Of a stretch of 64,000 bases of DNA, positions 1-30,917 are shown piece by piece. The stretch comes from Stylophora pistillata (lineage: Eukaryota). Location: contig NW_019217789.1 of the NCBI RefSeq assembly GCF_002571385.2, positions 1,403,876-1,467,875 on the forward strand, in the 5' to 3' direction. How positions within the stretch are numbered: position 1 is the first letter of the stretch; each line of letters starts with the position of its first letter. The notes beneath the pieces are model-generated. The model was not told the DNA's origin. It worked only from the letters and a program-made list of their open reading frames with translations, and did no database searches. The position numbers and the translations under genes were made by a program.

Positions 1-750
1 ATTAACTTAGTTGTTGCGGATCATACCTAAGCAAACCTTGCTACACTTTATTGCTATTGTTAACTATTGTTTTCAGTCAATTTTCTTGAATATTTTATGG
101 CATTGGGATTTAAGAGCTTAGTCATGTTTTTATTGCTGTTGTAGGTTTGTGATGTGATGAAACTGAGCCAAATTTCATTTTCATTACATTTTTTTGTACA
201 ATGGAACTACAAGTTTTTATAACCAAAGAGCTTTGATTTTCATTCTGTGTGGACCATGGGAAAGGGCACCCTGGTTGGGGCAATCTTAATGCATGGCAAG
301 CCTTCCAGTTAACCAAAGTAGAAACATAAATGTATGTCTAATGACATGGGGAACATAGAAAGCATGGCTCGAGGTTAGCACTCTAAACCCTGCCTGAATT
401 TGATACCAGGACTCTTGTCATGCTTTGTTTTTGGAAAATATTCTGAATACAACAGCAGCCATATACAGGGAATCAGCCCTTAAATACCTAGCAGTGAACT
501 AGTGTTAGACTCTGAGATTTTAAAAGAAGGGAGAAGGGGAGTTAGGGTTGGGGGGGGGGGAGAGAAACAGTGACAGGAGTAAGTAGAAACCATTACAAGA
601 TCATTGTAATCTTCAATGTAAGTAACACATACTTTAACCTGCTTTGTGTTATGGAAACTAAGTACAAAATATCTGCCAGTCCAAACTCTTGTTAATAAAT
701 GGGTATACCTGATATGTTGAAGATATTTTTATTTTCTAAATTTTTTGCAG

Positions 751-18319
<17,569 letters not shown>

Positions 18320-19731
18320 GCAAGACAGGGTGGAGTAGAGTGGAGCCTAATTGGGAGGGGGGGAAACGGAATCTTCAGTGTAGAAAGCATAAGCAAGCTA
18401 TCCTTTATAGTTAACCCTGCTTGCGGTGTTCGTCAAAGACTCCTATTGCTCTGGTAGAAACTTAATGACATTGTAGCAATTATGGCTCTTTTTTGAAACC
18501 CATCCTTAAGATACGGTCATATCTATTGGGTGGTGTTATCTGCATGCAATACAGTGTTTTCTGTTTTAAGGTCTGTTTTTCTGAGGAATTGAATTGCCGT
18601 TGCACGGCTAAGTATCAGTTGCCGAGGGCAGTTCATAAAAATCATGCTTTCAATAAATGGAGCAAGAAAACTTTAATCCAATCATAATTGTAGGTAGTTA
18701 GCGTGTGAGTGTAAAAGTGTTAGGAATTTGGAGAGAAATTTTGAAGTTGTTAAAATTAAACTCATTTACTATTTGTTTATTACCAATCACTACAGAAATA
18801 ATTAGGGAATGGCTGGAACTATTTTTTGTTGGTATTTCAGGAATTTCATCCAATTTGCTTGGGTGCCTAAAGGATAAGATACACTGCAAAGTTTTATTTT
18901 CTTGAGTTCGGAACTATAATAAGCATGAGAGTCATTCCACATAGAGCACGAAACTTCAGAAGTAATGACATCCAAATATCTCTTTGTCATTATTTTTAAT
19001 AAATATGAAGCTACTCTGAAAAATGAACCTCCTTTCAGAGAATAGAGAAAGACTTTATAAAGTCCTCAACTTAATAACTATTAATAATATTTGATTGAGT
19101 TATGATACAGTAGCTATGTAATAATGGTTATTTAATATAGGGAATTTATTTATTTGCTTAGCAACTTATTTTTGACAAATTTTCACAGGACCTAGTGATT
19201 GCAATCTTTTTAACTAATCAGATTTCTTAATTAAAACCTCAGATTGAAACTCATCTCAGTACAAAGATTTTTGACAATAACTGTCAGTGTTAGTTCTAAG
19301 TGATAATTGAATGTTTCCCTTTTCTCTGTTGACATTTTTTACTACAAAGTTAGGTTTCATTATCAAAACAAGAAAGTAGAAACAAGTCCATGTAATTCTT
19401 GGGTTGATATTGTAATGCTGATTTGCAATTGGAAGATCCAATAAAGGTTTTTAACATTGAAGCTTTGTACTCTGTTAAAAAAATACTTGAACCTTATCAT
19501 CTGATGGGAGTCCATTATTTATTGAACTCTACAGGACCCCTCCCTACCATGACCCCTACAGTGTAACATACTGGCTTCTTGATTGGTTGAGGGGTGTGAT
19601 GCCAGCAAAAATACTGCAAGAATATAGCTGGTTTTCCATGAGTCTTTATTGATCGGTTTGGCTAGCCAAGTTGTGGTGTGGGTATTCTACTTTTCCCTTC
19701 ATATGCAACAAAGCAAATCCCTGTGGTTCTC

Positions 19732-22700
19732 CTATAGTGTAAAGTTCAACTCAGTCTCAGTATTCTGTGACTTTAACACTTCATCGATAACCCGGATCAT
19801 GTTAAAGGCACCCAGAATTCCAAGCAACTGAAATGAGCAGAAAGAATAATGTAATTAACTTGATCGAGAAAATTGGTAAAAGTTCATTGAAATCTCAAAA
19901 GAAATTACATTCATTGCAACTTCAGATATGAGTTGGCCATGTTCAGTTCATAAATGTTGAAGCACAGTGCACTGCAATTACCTGTACAACAGCAAACCCA
20001 AATGCAAGACCTCCCACAATGTGAAGATTGCTATTAATCCAGTCTGTCAGACTATCAATACATCCATTGGTGTATATCACCTGAGTAGCTTCTGTCTCCT
20101 AAGAAATTTATAGGAGCAAAAATTGTTCCATACATTTGCAAGTAAATAGGTTCAAAGTTACCCTAGACTGGAGCAGTCCCTTTCCTTTCAGCAAAGTCTC
20201 TTGTGCAAGTCAAAAGAAATCAGTGAAAAAGAAGAAAACTGCAGCATCCTACTTATTGTGCATCTCACCTCCAGGGTTCCATGTGGCATGCTAACATCAG
20301 TTGCTTTTATCCTTTTGCTTTTTTTTATTTGCCAACAGACTTCACTGAAGAGGAGGGACTGCTCTTGGTCAATTGTTATCAAGTCATTTGTATGTTTGGC
20401 AACACTTCAAGTTATGCCACATGTTTTTTTATGTGGACCCTTTTTTGTACTACTGAATGAAGAATTAGATCACTGATTTAAAATTATTGGCTAGGATATA
20501 TTGCAATTCTTGAGATTTCCATTTGTTTACAAACCATAGTACCCGAGTTCACAAAACATGTAGCCAAGTAAGATAATAAACAAGAATTCTTGCAATGTTT
20601 ATAATACCATTTGCACCAATTGGAAATGAGGTATGTACTTAATAGTTATAAAGATATGTAATTAACTCTTGAATTCATAAATCAGGGCCTGTATATTTCT
20701 CCAAGCTCTATGATTTTCAAGCAGAGGTCAGATCTCTGTAGATTCCTTGCACTTAAGTGAGCAAAACAGATGTAGAATAAGTAACCAGATAAACTTGGGT
20801 ATTCATAGGTGATTCACTCTGACGAAGGGCTAACGCTCGAAACGTCAGCTTTTGTAATCGTTACAGTGGCCAATTTACCACTTCAACTTTGCTGATATAT
20901 CCAGATTATTCATAGGTAACATACAGCAACTATGCCATGAGCTCCCTACAACTCTAGATTTACCAGATTGCCGGCACTTACAAGTTTTTCCTTTCTAACT
21001 GCAAATCCACAGTGTGTATTGATCTGATCCTGTTCATCAATAAACAATAACACAGTATTACAGTTACAATCAAGTAATGTGGTGTTAAGAAACAAACTGG
21101 GCATGTTTCATTTAATGGTAGTGAAAAATTGACATTTTTGTCACGTCTACTGGCACATAACCAGTCAGAGTGAGTTCTATGCAGAAACTAAAGTAAACCA
21201 GGATTGCACTGCTTCTGCCTAATAACATCTGCTCTGTGAAAACTCACCTCAAGCTCTCGACTAATCAAATATAAACCTAACCCGACTTGGTCAGCCAGGT
21301 TTTCCCAAACTCCCAGCCCAGTTGCATGTATAAACTTACAATTGAGTTCTAATTGATTACCAGTGACAGGGCCCTTTTCAAATGAGTTTCATAAAACCAA
21401 AGTAATTAAAATGGTCAATCAGAAGAAAGGAAAAAAAACTCGATCAAAAATACTTAATTTTGTGTGAGAATGTAGTATTACTGTAGAAGTGCCTGTGGGA
21501 AAAACCTTGATTTTTGCCTTGGCTGCTCACCTCACGGCAGCATGAGAAGGGTACTCCGCATGCCTGAACAGTATTAGCAGAACAGTTGAAATGTTCATTC
21601 AGCTCCCAGTCATGATATGAAAATCCACCACAACACTTCAGACCCTTTTGTATTCCATCTATAGCATTTTGCAGGTCTGGATCATTTCGGTATCTCATGA
21701 TCACATTATGAGTTGCCTCCTTCACTTTACTGCGAGTCTGTGGATGGTGATTATGGGAGGTAGGTCACTAAAGAAACTATGGTGCTTGTACATGGTAGGT
21801 ATTACAAGATAATTTGGCTTTATCGACTGAGTTGAGAATGTAAATTGGCTACTGTAAAGAGTTTCAGAAGCATTAGACCCTTATTAGAGCAAAGGGAGAA
21901 CACTTGAAGATAATTATAAATCACTGGGCTGAAATGGTGTGGTAGATTGAGGCTGTGATTGTAATTGTGACATAATGACAGTACTTACTGACTAATCTTA
22001 GGCATGATTTGGGAGATGCAACCGTCCAAGTGCTGCAACAACACTGCTAGTTGCTACAAGCTGCTGAAACTGTAACAAGCTCCAACAGTTCATGGAGGTT
22101 TTGCCTTATTGCAAGTTCATCCCCTTCCACCTTTGCCAGTTTGCCCCCTGAAGCAAAGTGAGTTCACTTTGCTGCAAAACTCAGCATAAAATAGTGCTAA
22201 ACAAGTTTGATAAAGAGCATTGTACTGTCTCCAGTTTGTATCCAAAGTGCAGTAGTCACACATTAGTGAATACAACTGATAATTCACATGTTGGTCATAT
22301 TTTGTTATTGTTTCACAGTGAGATTTCACGATGCATTAGGATTTCAACAGAATACGTTTTGACATAAAGAACCATGTTGGAAGATTCTGGTTAAGGTAGG
22401 GGCAAACTTGTTTTTTCTTCAGGTGGCAAACTCGCAAATGCAATAGGGGGTGAACTTGCAATATGACAAAACCTCTATTTACCACCCCAGCAATAGTGCA
22501 GGATTTACCTTTCAATACATGAACACTAAATCAACCCTCGACCCACTTCTAAATTGTGATCTTGTATAGCTTGATATTTTTCCCTCCAAAGTTCAGCTTT
22601 TAAGAATCTCATGATTCCTTAAAAAATTCCACACCTTGTGTATCTGCCCTTGGCATAAATCAACATTACAAAAGAAAGAGTAATCAACGATTAACAAACA

Positions 22701-24011
22701 TTTGGAGCTTCTCTAGTCTTACATGTACCTTGTCGACAAAAAAGAAAGCAACAAAGCCTGTTACAAGTTCCAAAATGAAGATGACAGTCAAAGATCCCAT
22801 GAACTAGATAGAAATTAAAGGGAATCAAAATCACAAACATACAACCAGCCCTGAAAAACAGACATAATGTACAGAATATGGATATTGAGCCTGCAGTATG
22901 TTGTAGTTACTTTTATGCTACCATGTGCTTTGGAGTTATACAGTTGTATGCAGTGTTTCTCTTTTTCACTAGTCAGCCCCGAGAACATAACAGCTTAGTG
23001 ACTGTGTGCACATCAACTATCTATGTCAAATATATCACTGGGATGGGATAAACAAGTGGGTCTTTCAATGTACCAAGGATTTTACTTGTGCATAGCTTAA
23101 TAACTTCCATATGTAAACTGGCAATACTTTCTCAGGTGTCAGAAAATAACTAATAAAAGTAATCAGAGAAAAGTGAGCTTAGCGAGCTCATTTAGATTTG
23201 TTCAGAATTTCATTGACAGGATAGAACTATGTGGAACTTCACTCACTACTTGCAGCAAGATCTTATTTTCCCTGAGAGCTCCAACACAACCACAGAATGT
23301 CACTACAAACATCAGACAGCCAACAACAATAAGTAGAACTGAAGGGTCAAAGGCCAGGCTGTCAAGGTCACTATACTCCTTCTTCTCATCATGAGCCCAG
23401 GCTCCCACTGCAACGAGTACGATGCTGACAATCTAGATAATAAATGTTTTAAACAGTGAATGTTTCGAACAAACTACACAAAAGTTTCCCCATCACTTCC
23501 TGATCCCCCGAAGTGCAATGGCTCCCAAAGGCCGGTTTCTCCAAAGTCTCAGTGGCTTGACTGGCCTCAAGCCATACGTGAGGAATAGTGGTGGCGTGCC
23601 TAACCAAAAACCATTAATTCATTTGATTTCTAGACATATTAACCTTGTGAACTTCAAAGCAATCGATACCTCGATCTTGAGTGTGAACAACGCCATGCAA
23701 CAAAAAAATTCAAAATTGGCTAGCTTTTCAGGACCGGTTCTTAATGTTGCTTAGTGGATCATTTCCCTTAACTTACATCAACAAGTTGAACTCTGAGTTA
23801 CACCTTCAAAGTCTCTGGCAGTGTAGAAAAAACCTTTAACAACTTCGAGTGAAGTAGAAGCTGCATGAAAACTGAACTGTTAATTAAATTCTATGAACTC
23901 TGCCGACTACTTTGCAAATAAACTAACCCACAAGACGGTGTTAGTAGCGAAGAGAAAATACTTCACAATGCAGTGAAAGCTGAGTTTCTCCTTCAGTGAA
24001 CTTTCATCCAT
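19732..24011 (-). CDS. Tetraspanin, TspanC8 subgroup (TSPAN5/14/17/33-like)
   Basis: Exons 24011-23928 (MDESSLKEKLSFHCIVKYFLFATNTVLW), 23432-23247 (FCGCVGALREN), 22803-22729, 21737-21531 (CCG...FNCS...ACGVPFSCC), 21029-20982 (INTHCG), 20098-19982 (IYTNGC), 19827-19732 (TAG). Four TM segments and eight Cys in the large extracellular loop. Confidence 0.92.
20811..20906 (+). mobile_element. Minimal PLE insertion consisting of hammerhead plus about 57 nt, in tetraspanin intron
   Basis: TSD TATTCATAGGT at 20800-20810 and 20907-20917. Ends at the same CCARATT boundary as the inverted arms of other copies. Confidence 0.85.
20816..20849 (+). ncRNA. Minimal hammerhead ribozyme motif
   Basis: CTGACGA 20819-20825, stem II GGGC/GCTC, GAAA 20839-20842 and GTC triplet ending 20846. 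One stem I mismatch. Confidence 0.78.
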
Positions 24012-24159
24012 GAAAATACCTTCTGCTTCATAAATACTCAAACCGTTCTAACACTGTTCTAATGATCTGATAGCACATAGTTAATGGCAAGAGTGCGGGT
24101 GCAAAACGTGTAAACAAATGGAGCACGGCATTATGGGTTATTTTCTTAATCAAAACAAC
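24012..24159. promoter_or_regulatory. Compact bidirectional promoter region (tetraspanin / ankyrin gene)
   Basis: Only 148 bp between divergent start codons. A YY1-like AACATGGCGGC overlaps the + strand ATG. Confidence 0.65.
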
Positions 24160-27100
24160 ATGGCGGCCGCAGTTCCATTTAATGTTGTTTTTGGAATTAA
24201 CGAAACTCCTTTAACTCGGGCTCTGGAGTCGAGACGTTTTGACGAAGCCCTAGAATTTATCGAAAGCCGTTATGGAATGTGCTTGGATGAGGGATTTTAC
24301 CAAAGGATTCCGCTTTTTATAGTTCTTTCAGGTGAAAATTCTGCGGTGGATGGAGAAGCCATGCCGATTCACTTGAAGATCGCGCGACGATTAATAGAAA
24401 GAGGTAAGATTTGTACTTTGCGGAGGAACTATTCCATAAAACTGCCAATTGTTACTATTACTTTCATCAAATATTGACTGACAGTACCGTTTACTTATAG
24501 AAATTGACAAAGCCAAGTTAAACTTGCCTTGTTAACTATGTTCTCCAACGGGCTCTGGGCGGGTTTCAGTTACTTTTAACAGCTCGGTACAAGCTACAGT
24601 TCGCGATATTATTTAGCTTAACGCGACTAATTTGTAGAAAGATCCCTTACCTCCACGGGCATACTACAATTTTCAAATTTATTTGTTTCCATAGCAACAG
24701 CACTTAGATCATGCTTTAAGCTCCGATAACTAAAAAAAAACAACTTGTATTATTTCGAGGACTGTCATGATATAGCAACTTCAAGGTCATCTGTCCTCTG
24801 TCCTCATTTTGCTCAAATTCTTTATTTTTTTCATTTAAGGTGCAGATCCAAATTTGAGAATTCCAGAGGTAATGAAATTCAAGGAAGATTCTTTTGCACA
24901 ATTTAACCTTAGCTAATATAATACTGTGAATGTCAGACAACTCGCCCCCTGGACAATTAGCCCCAGACAACTTGCCCCCGATCTTCAGACAACTGGCCCC
25001 CAATATGAAAACACTTATCATTTATGTTATGTTGGACAAATAGACTTTTATGCTCATTGACTAATAATTTCTTGAAAGAAGAAAAAAGTTTGTTTTTTAA
25101 TGTACATTATGAGACCGAGACTTACATTTGTAGTGATATTTATTGTAATGATTGCGTAAACAGCATTAACTTCAAATGTTATAGTTGGATTACAAAATGG
25201 TCACTTTCATGTGTTTACATGATCATTACAATCGATCACTACAAATGTTAGTCTCGGTCTTTTAATATACTTTAAAAAACAAACTTTCTTCTTCTTTCAA
25301 GAAATTATTACTTTATGTGCATAAAAATATAGTTGTCCAATGCAACATACGTGTTTTCATATTGGGGGCCAGTTGTCTGAAGATCGGGGGCTAGTTGTCT
25401 GAAGATCGGGGGCGAGTTGTCTGGGGCTAATTGTCCAGGGGGTGAGTTGCCTGGATACCAATACTGTATTATCACATGACCCGGTCAGCCCTGGGTACAC
25501 AATCCAACAGAATACCGTAGTGAAAGCTGGCATGTGTAGGTCTTAGAGGGGTTGATGTGAGCCAACTTATTGACTGAGTTTGGTCGCAGGCCAAACAAGA
25601 AAATATTTGGTTCTCATTCATGACACTCAGACCTCACTGTGCTCGGTCCATACATCATGACCTCAAACCAAATATTTTTCTGTCCAGCCCTTTCACTCAG
25701 TTAATAAGTACATGGATTTTTCTCTCTGTATGGACAGTTTTTTTACTTTTTTTGGTTTTTACAAAATAGTGCTGGTTTTTCCTCTTTAGACTTGTGGTGC
25801 AGAATACATGGGGCCAGGAAGATCACCACTGGAATGTGTGGTGAACTTTTACAATCTTGTTACAACCAACAACAGTTTACTAACCAAAGAAGCTGTCTCC
25901 ACATACAATGCTTTATCTCTGAATGGAAAATGCATAAAACAAACAGCAGACCTAGTTGAAGAACTGGTAAATGTGGCTTGGTTTTTGTTAGGCCATGGAG
26001 CTCAAGTTGATGTTAGAGACATAGAAATGAAGACTCCACTACATTCAACACTATTAAGATCGCAAGATTTACGTATGGCACAGGCCTTATGCGACAGTGG
26101 TGCTGATCTTATGGCTAGTGATTGCCATGGTAACACACCCCTTATGTCTCTTTGTTGTCCATTGCCATGGCGAGATGGTATTGAGCAAGGACCTTGTTTC
26201 AATCATGACATCAGTGAAGCTGTTCACTTTTTGTTATCATTTGAAAATGTGAAGGTATGTTAGTGTTTCTGAACTGTTTGCATTTTTCTGGTATATGTAA
26301 GAATAGGTTTAACTACCACAGTATTAATGAAATGACCTTTAATGGCTGAGTATCAGGTCATGAAAACTAAAAATTATCACAACAGCAAATCACAAAATAT
26401 CACTAAAAGCTGATGAGAAATAAATATTGAACCAATCATAGAGTCTGAAGCATATGAAAATGTAGGTGATGAAGTCAAATTTACAGACGAATACAAAATT
26501 ATGTTTTTCTATTTTTCTAATCTAGATTGACCACTGTGGAATTCACAGTAGAACTGCTCTATTTTATGCCATGCAGTCTGGTAACTTTAAAGTTGCTAAG
26601 ATTCTTCTTGATCATGGAGCAGATCCAAGTTTGCGGGGCTTGGGACCTGATGGGAGGTAAGATAACAAGGCCGTTTCATTTTTAATGAGCTTAATTATTA
26701 ACCCTTAACTCATAAGATCTCATTAGTAATTCTCCTCACTGTCTGCCATACAAGTTAACTGCCTCCCGGTTAGCTCAATGGATAGAGCGCTGGACTGTTG
26801 TGCGGGAGGTTGAGGGTTCGAGCCCTGGCCGGACCAACACTCAAGGTCTTAAAATAAATGAGAAGAATATGCTACCTTTCTATAACATCAAGAAATGGTT
26901 AGATATTCTAGTCTTCTCAGATAGGGACGAATAAATGGAGGTCCCATCACCTGCAGGGTTAGTGGTAGGTGACGTTAACTTCCCACACGCGAGATTACTG
27001 TGTGATGGATGTCCTCCCCTGGGGTGGGATGGGTGGGTTTGTTGTAGCTTTAACCTCGTAGGGGACCCATGTCCTATTGTTTCTGCTCCTGTACTTGGTA

Positions 27101-28486
27101 CAAATCCTCAAATGAAAAAAATAATAAAATAAAAAATTTTGTAGAATTTGGTTTCAGACCATCTTTTAATCCCTTAATTGATATTTTTTTCTGTTTCATT
27201 TTCATCACTTTTTTGCTTGATATTTTATTGATATTGTCAGGGGAATTCTGTCTTGGTCACTCTTGGGAGTAAAGAGTAGATAAATATTTCTTTAAATTGA
27301 ATTCCATGAAAATTCCACCCACAAGTAGCTAGTTAACAACCCTAAGTTCTATTAATAAAGGCTGATAGTTTCTAAAGAAACTGTTTGGGGCTGCGTCAGT
27401 GGCGGTAATGAAATAATTTGGATATATCAACAAAGTTGAAATAGTAAATCGGCCACCGTAACAATTACAAAAGCTGACGTTTCATCAGCTTTTGTAATCG
27501 TTACGGTGGCCAATTTACTATTTCAACTTTGTTGATACATCCAAATTACTAAGTTCTATTAGTTTAGCTCCATTCTTAGCCTCTCTCTTCTATTTCCTGG
27601 ATGGGAGATACCTAAGTCTATTGAATAGAAATAGCAAAAGCAATGTAGAGGCAATGCTTTCTCTGACAGCCTTTTGAGTGTTTTTTACATTTCTTTTGTT
27701 CATGCACTGGTTAACAGGCTATTAAATCTCAACTGTTGATTAAGGGAAACATTTTTGGTGTGCATTTTTCAATCTTATCTCCATGGTAGCTATGATCTTT
27801 TTGCTCAGCATTGATAAGATCTCAATTTTTCACTATTGGTGCCAATAATTGAAGAAAGAAATTTATCGGAGTTGGTACCACAATTATCTCAGAGGGAAAC
27901 CTTAGAGAACTGCTCAATGTTTTATAACTTAACATTTGCAAAACAGTAATACTTTGGTTACAAACTAATTTTTTTGAATCCCAGATATATTTCTCCCCTT
28001 CTGGCATCAATCATTCCATGGTCTGCGATTGGACGAAAGGACATGGCTGTAGTTTGCAGCAAAGTTGCTCCACTTGTGGATAAAGGTTACTTTTCCACCA
28101 AAGAAATCCTACTAGAACTTTTGGAATACACATCTTGGGGGAGTGCAAATGATGTGGCACTACTGAACCTTAAGAAATTTGGAGTCAGCTTAATTCTATT
28201 GTTGTTTGGTCAGAGTACATGTAGATTGCGTCAACTGGCATCAAGGGTGTACGTTAGGAGCTCATTCACAGTTGAAGAATTTGGACTTTTGAATTCCAGC
28301 GAGGTAGCTTGTTTGGTAAGAAAGCAAAGTCTACCCACAGAAATAGTGACAGATTTTCAAATTGTCTTGTTGAGGCAGAAGATCTTAAATTCCCTGTCTG
28401 AAACAGACTGGGACTTGTGGGACATGGAAGAATTTATGTTGGATGAGAGCAGTGAATATGACGAATCAGATGATGAATACTGGTGA
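24160..28486 (+). CDS. Ankyrin-repeat protein with possible degenerate SOCS-like box and acidic C-terminus
   Basis: ATG in AACATGGCGG context at 24160. Exons 24160-24403, 24840-24868 (GADPNLR), 25790-26254 (GAQVDVRDIEMKTPLH; GADLMASDCHGNTPLM), 26526-26656 (RTALFYA...LLDHGADP), 27985-28486. Exon phases join correctly. Confidence 0.85.
24928..25459. mobile_element. Foldback-type non-autonomous DNA transposon
   Basis: Arms of about 210-230 bp with internal GACAACTNGCCCC subrepeats and a central spacer of about 90 nt. 8-bp TSD AATACTGT (24920-24927, 25460-25467). Confidence 0.88.
26757..27135 (+). mobile_element. tRNA-derived SINE nested inside a TTAA-type MITE
   Basis: TAGCTCAATGGATAGAGC and GGTTCGAGCCC boxes, unpaired anticodon arm, A-rich tail. 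A 3' fragment of the same family lies on the minus strand at about 59885-59998. Confidence 0.82.
27355..27548 (-). mobile_element. Fold-back PLE pseudo-LTR insertion (ribozyme core missing) in ankyrin-gene intron
   Basis: Tail plus 64-bp arms (27414-27477 and 27485-27548) around a 7-nt loop. TSD CTAAGTTCTATTA at 27342-27354 and 27549-27561. Confidence 0.9.
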
Positions 28487-28878
28487 GGAATATTGTCCCA
28501 TCCTGCCGACAAGGCCTGCCTGCCTTACCTGCAGGCTTTTGTAGTAGAACAGTGGGAACCCAAGAATCTGAGTGTAAGATTTGATGTAAAAGAGCTGAAA
28601 CTTACCGCTAACGATGATCTTGTGGTCTCAGGGGCATTAGCAGGCCAGGCACCTCCATGGCTCATAACAGATACCAATGTAGTTCATTGTGGTACACTTT
28701 ACAAACTATAATATGAGAGCTTATTTTTTTCAAATTTTCTTCATCTTAAGTGATATCAAGTAGGCGCTATTTATCCTTTCTAGACGGTCCATTCACAACA
28801 CAGATTGTCTTCCGTTTCCTTCATGTCCATAGTGGCCCACACTCCAAAAGCCCTCGTTACTGGTCTCTTCCTAACAGT

Positions 28879-29229
28879 AGAGAGATTAAGCATCGCGTTT
28901 ACGTGAGTCGTGAACGGCAAGAGTGACCGCGTGACCTTGTTTTCCCGCCATTTTTCACGTCTGCCGGTTGCGCTTAGCCGTTTCTACGTGAAAGTAACCT
29001 GTTTCGTGTTTGCTGCGTACACAAGATTTTCTCTCCCATAGAGTTGAGGTTAATTGCCGGAAAAAGGACACTAAAACTATTCCTTGTAAGTCATACAAGG
29101 GCGCCTTAAATCCACCATGACGTGAGCTCACGCGAAGCTAAAGCAGCAAGGTTCACGCTATTTTGCGTGAAACGTGAAAGGACAAGGTGACGTTTGCCGT
29201 TTCACGTAAACGCAGTGCTAAATCTCTCT
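28879..29229. mobile_element. Harbinger-like MITE
   Basis: TIRs AGAGAGATTAAGCATCGCGTTTACGTGA / TCACGTAAACGCAGTGCTAAATCTCTCT with 3-bp TSD AGT. A related partial element ends TGCTTAATCTCTCT at about 29954. Confidence 0.8.
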
Positions 29230-30917
29230 AGTGTTGAGCGACTCGGCCCCAGTCGCAGTAAAGCGCGTTTGCCCGATAATCAAAATGGCGCAGGAAACTT
29301 TCCAACTGAATCAAGACCTTCAATCAAATACCATCCATGCCCGGGAAGAAAGATTTCGAACCAAAGATATCAGTTACGGTGGTTGACTCTTACGGGACTG
29401 AATGACTGAATGAGTAATGAGCTCAGTATTAGCATATCTTTGAGGTGGAACAACACACAGTTACCACTGAATCACACATTAAGGTCTCTATAATAAAAGA
29501 AATGACCACCAAGTGAAGGAGCTCTTGATTTTTAAACAAATTCTCTTCGTCAGTGCCTTAGGAAATGTAGAGACAAAAACGGCGAACGCTGAACGTCGGC
29601 TTGTCGTTTGCCGTTCCGTCCGCGATGTTCGTCTGTTTAAGCTTCCCGACGACACGGCAGAACAAGTGTTCTCGTTCTCCACTCACTGCGACTAGAAAAA
29701 TGGATACAAAGAAGTAATGTATTTTCCGCTTGAATTTGAACTCTATTAGCTTTACAAGCAGTTCATATCGAAGTAAGATGATAAACGCAGCTTAGCTATA
29801 AAAGCAAGCGATCAAAATGTAGAAATAGTCGGTAAAAATTGGCTGCAAATACTCACGTTTTCGCGTTCCCTACAGACGTGAAAAATGTCCTCGAGTAGAA
29901 ACGGCAAACCCTCTGCCGTTCGCGGGAAAAAAATACGTGGTGCTTAATCTCTCTATTATGGAGAGAGAGCGGGGTAAAAAGGCCTTACACTCCGGCTTTG
30001 ACTTGATCTCATTTTCCTTAGAGCGGCATCTAGGAAAACTGAACGCAAAACTTCAAATAGAATAACCGAGAAAAAAAGATGTAACCGTAGTTTCATTTCT
30101 ACGTGTTTGGTTACCTCAAAATATGGTGTTTTAGTTCTCGCTTGTGATTTATTTGATCAGTGAAGCTCTTTCAAACAGAGAAGTAATGCTGATAGTTCCA
30201 GTTGACGTTAGTTTCTTGCGAGATTGAAAAGAAAAGTTTCTTATCTGACCACCAGTGTAAAAGTGGGGATAAATAAGAGAGGAATAAACACGAAAGACCC
30301 AATGAGAACGCAAAGTTAAAAAAAGCGCGGGAAATTGACGTGACCAGTCGTGGTTGGTTCTAGTTTTGCTTCACTGATTGGTTGAAAGATTGGTGTGAGT
30401 TTCCTGGACCAATCACAATGTAAATAAGAGAAAAACCATTACCATTCCGAATAACTTTCGTCACTAAATTAAAAAGGAATTGCCTTAACAGTATCCAAAA
30501 ACAACTTATATTTCTCTCAAAATAAGCAAGTAGTATAGAAATGGAGGTATCTAGCGCAAACTTTTATCTTGTTTTTTATTTATTGAGTTTAATGCTATCT
30601 ATAGTTTTATTATTGAATTTAATGTCATGCCAGCACATTTGGGTGGGTTAGAGGATTTCCGGTTGTGTCACAATAAATTTTTCCTGATCCCTCCACGAGT
30701 CTCTCAATGTTCCCATCATTGGCAGTTAATTGGAGGTCAATGTTCTATAGTCCCTTCCTTCTTATTATGTTGGCGACGACTGATCACCCCTCTGTTCCCC
30801 CCTAAAAGCATATGTTCCCAGAATTCTCCACCCCCTCCCCTCCCCGGTGATAAATAATAACGGACCCCCTGTACACTTGTATAGACTCTATCTAACTTAT
30901 GGTTACGTATCCGTCGG

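Noticed and set aside
18320-19731. Overlapping convergent 3'UTRs of MYO6 and tetraspanin
   Set aside because: There are several AATAAA candidates on both strands, so overlap cannot be established without transcript data.
26764-26836. tRNA-like sequence ending in CCA
   Set aside because: The anticodon arm does not pair and it continues into a SINE body with an A-rich tail, so it is a SINE head and not a tRNA gene. The same applies to 1148-1215.
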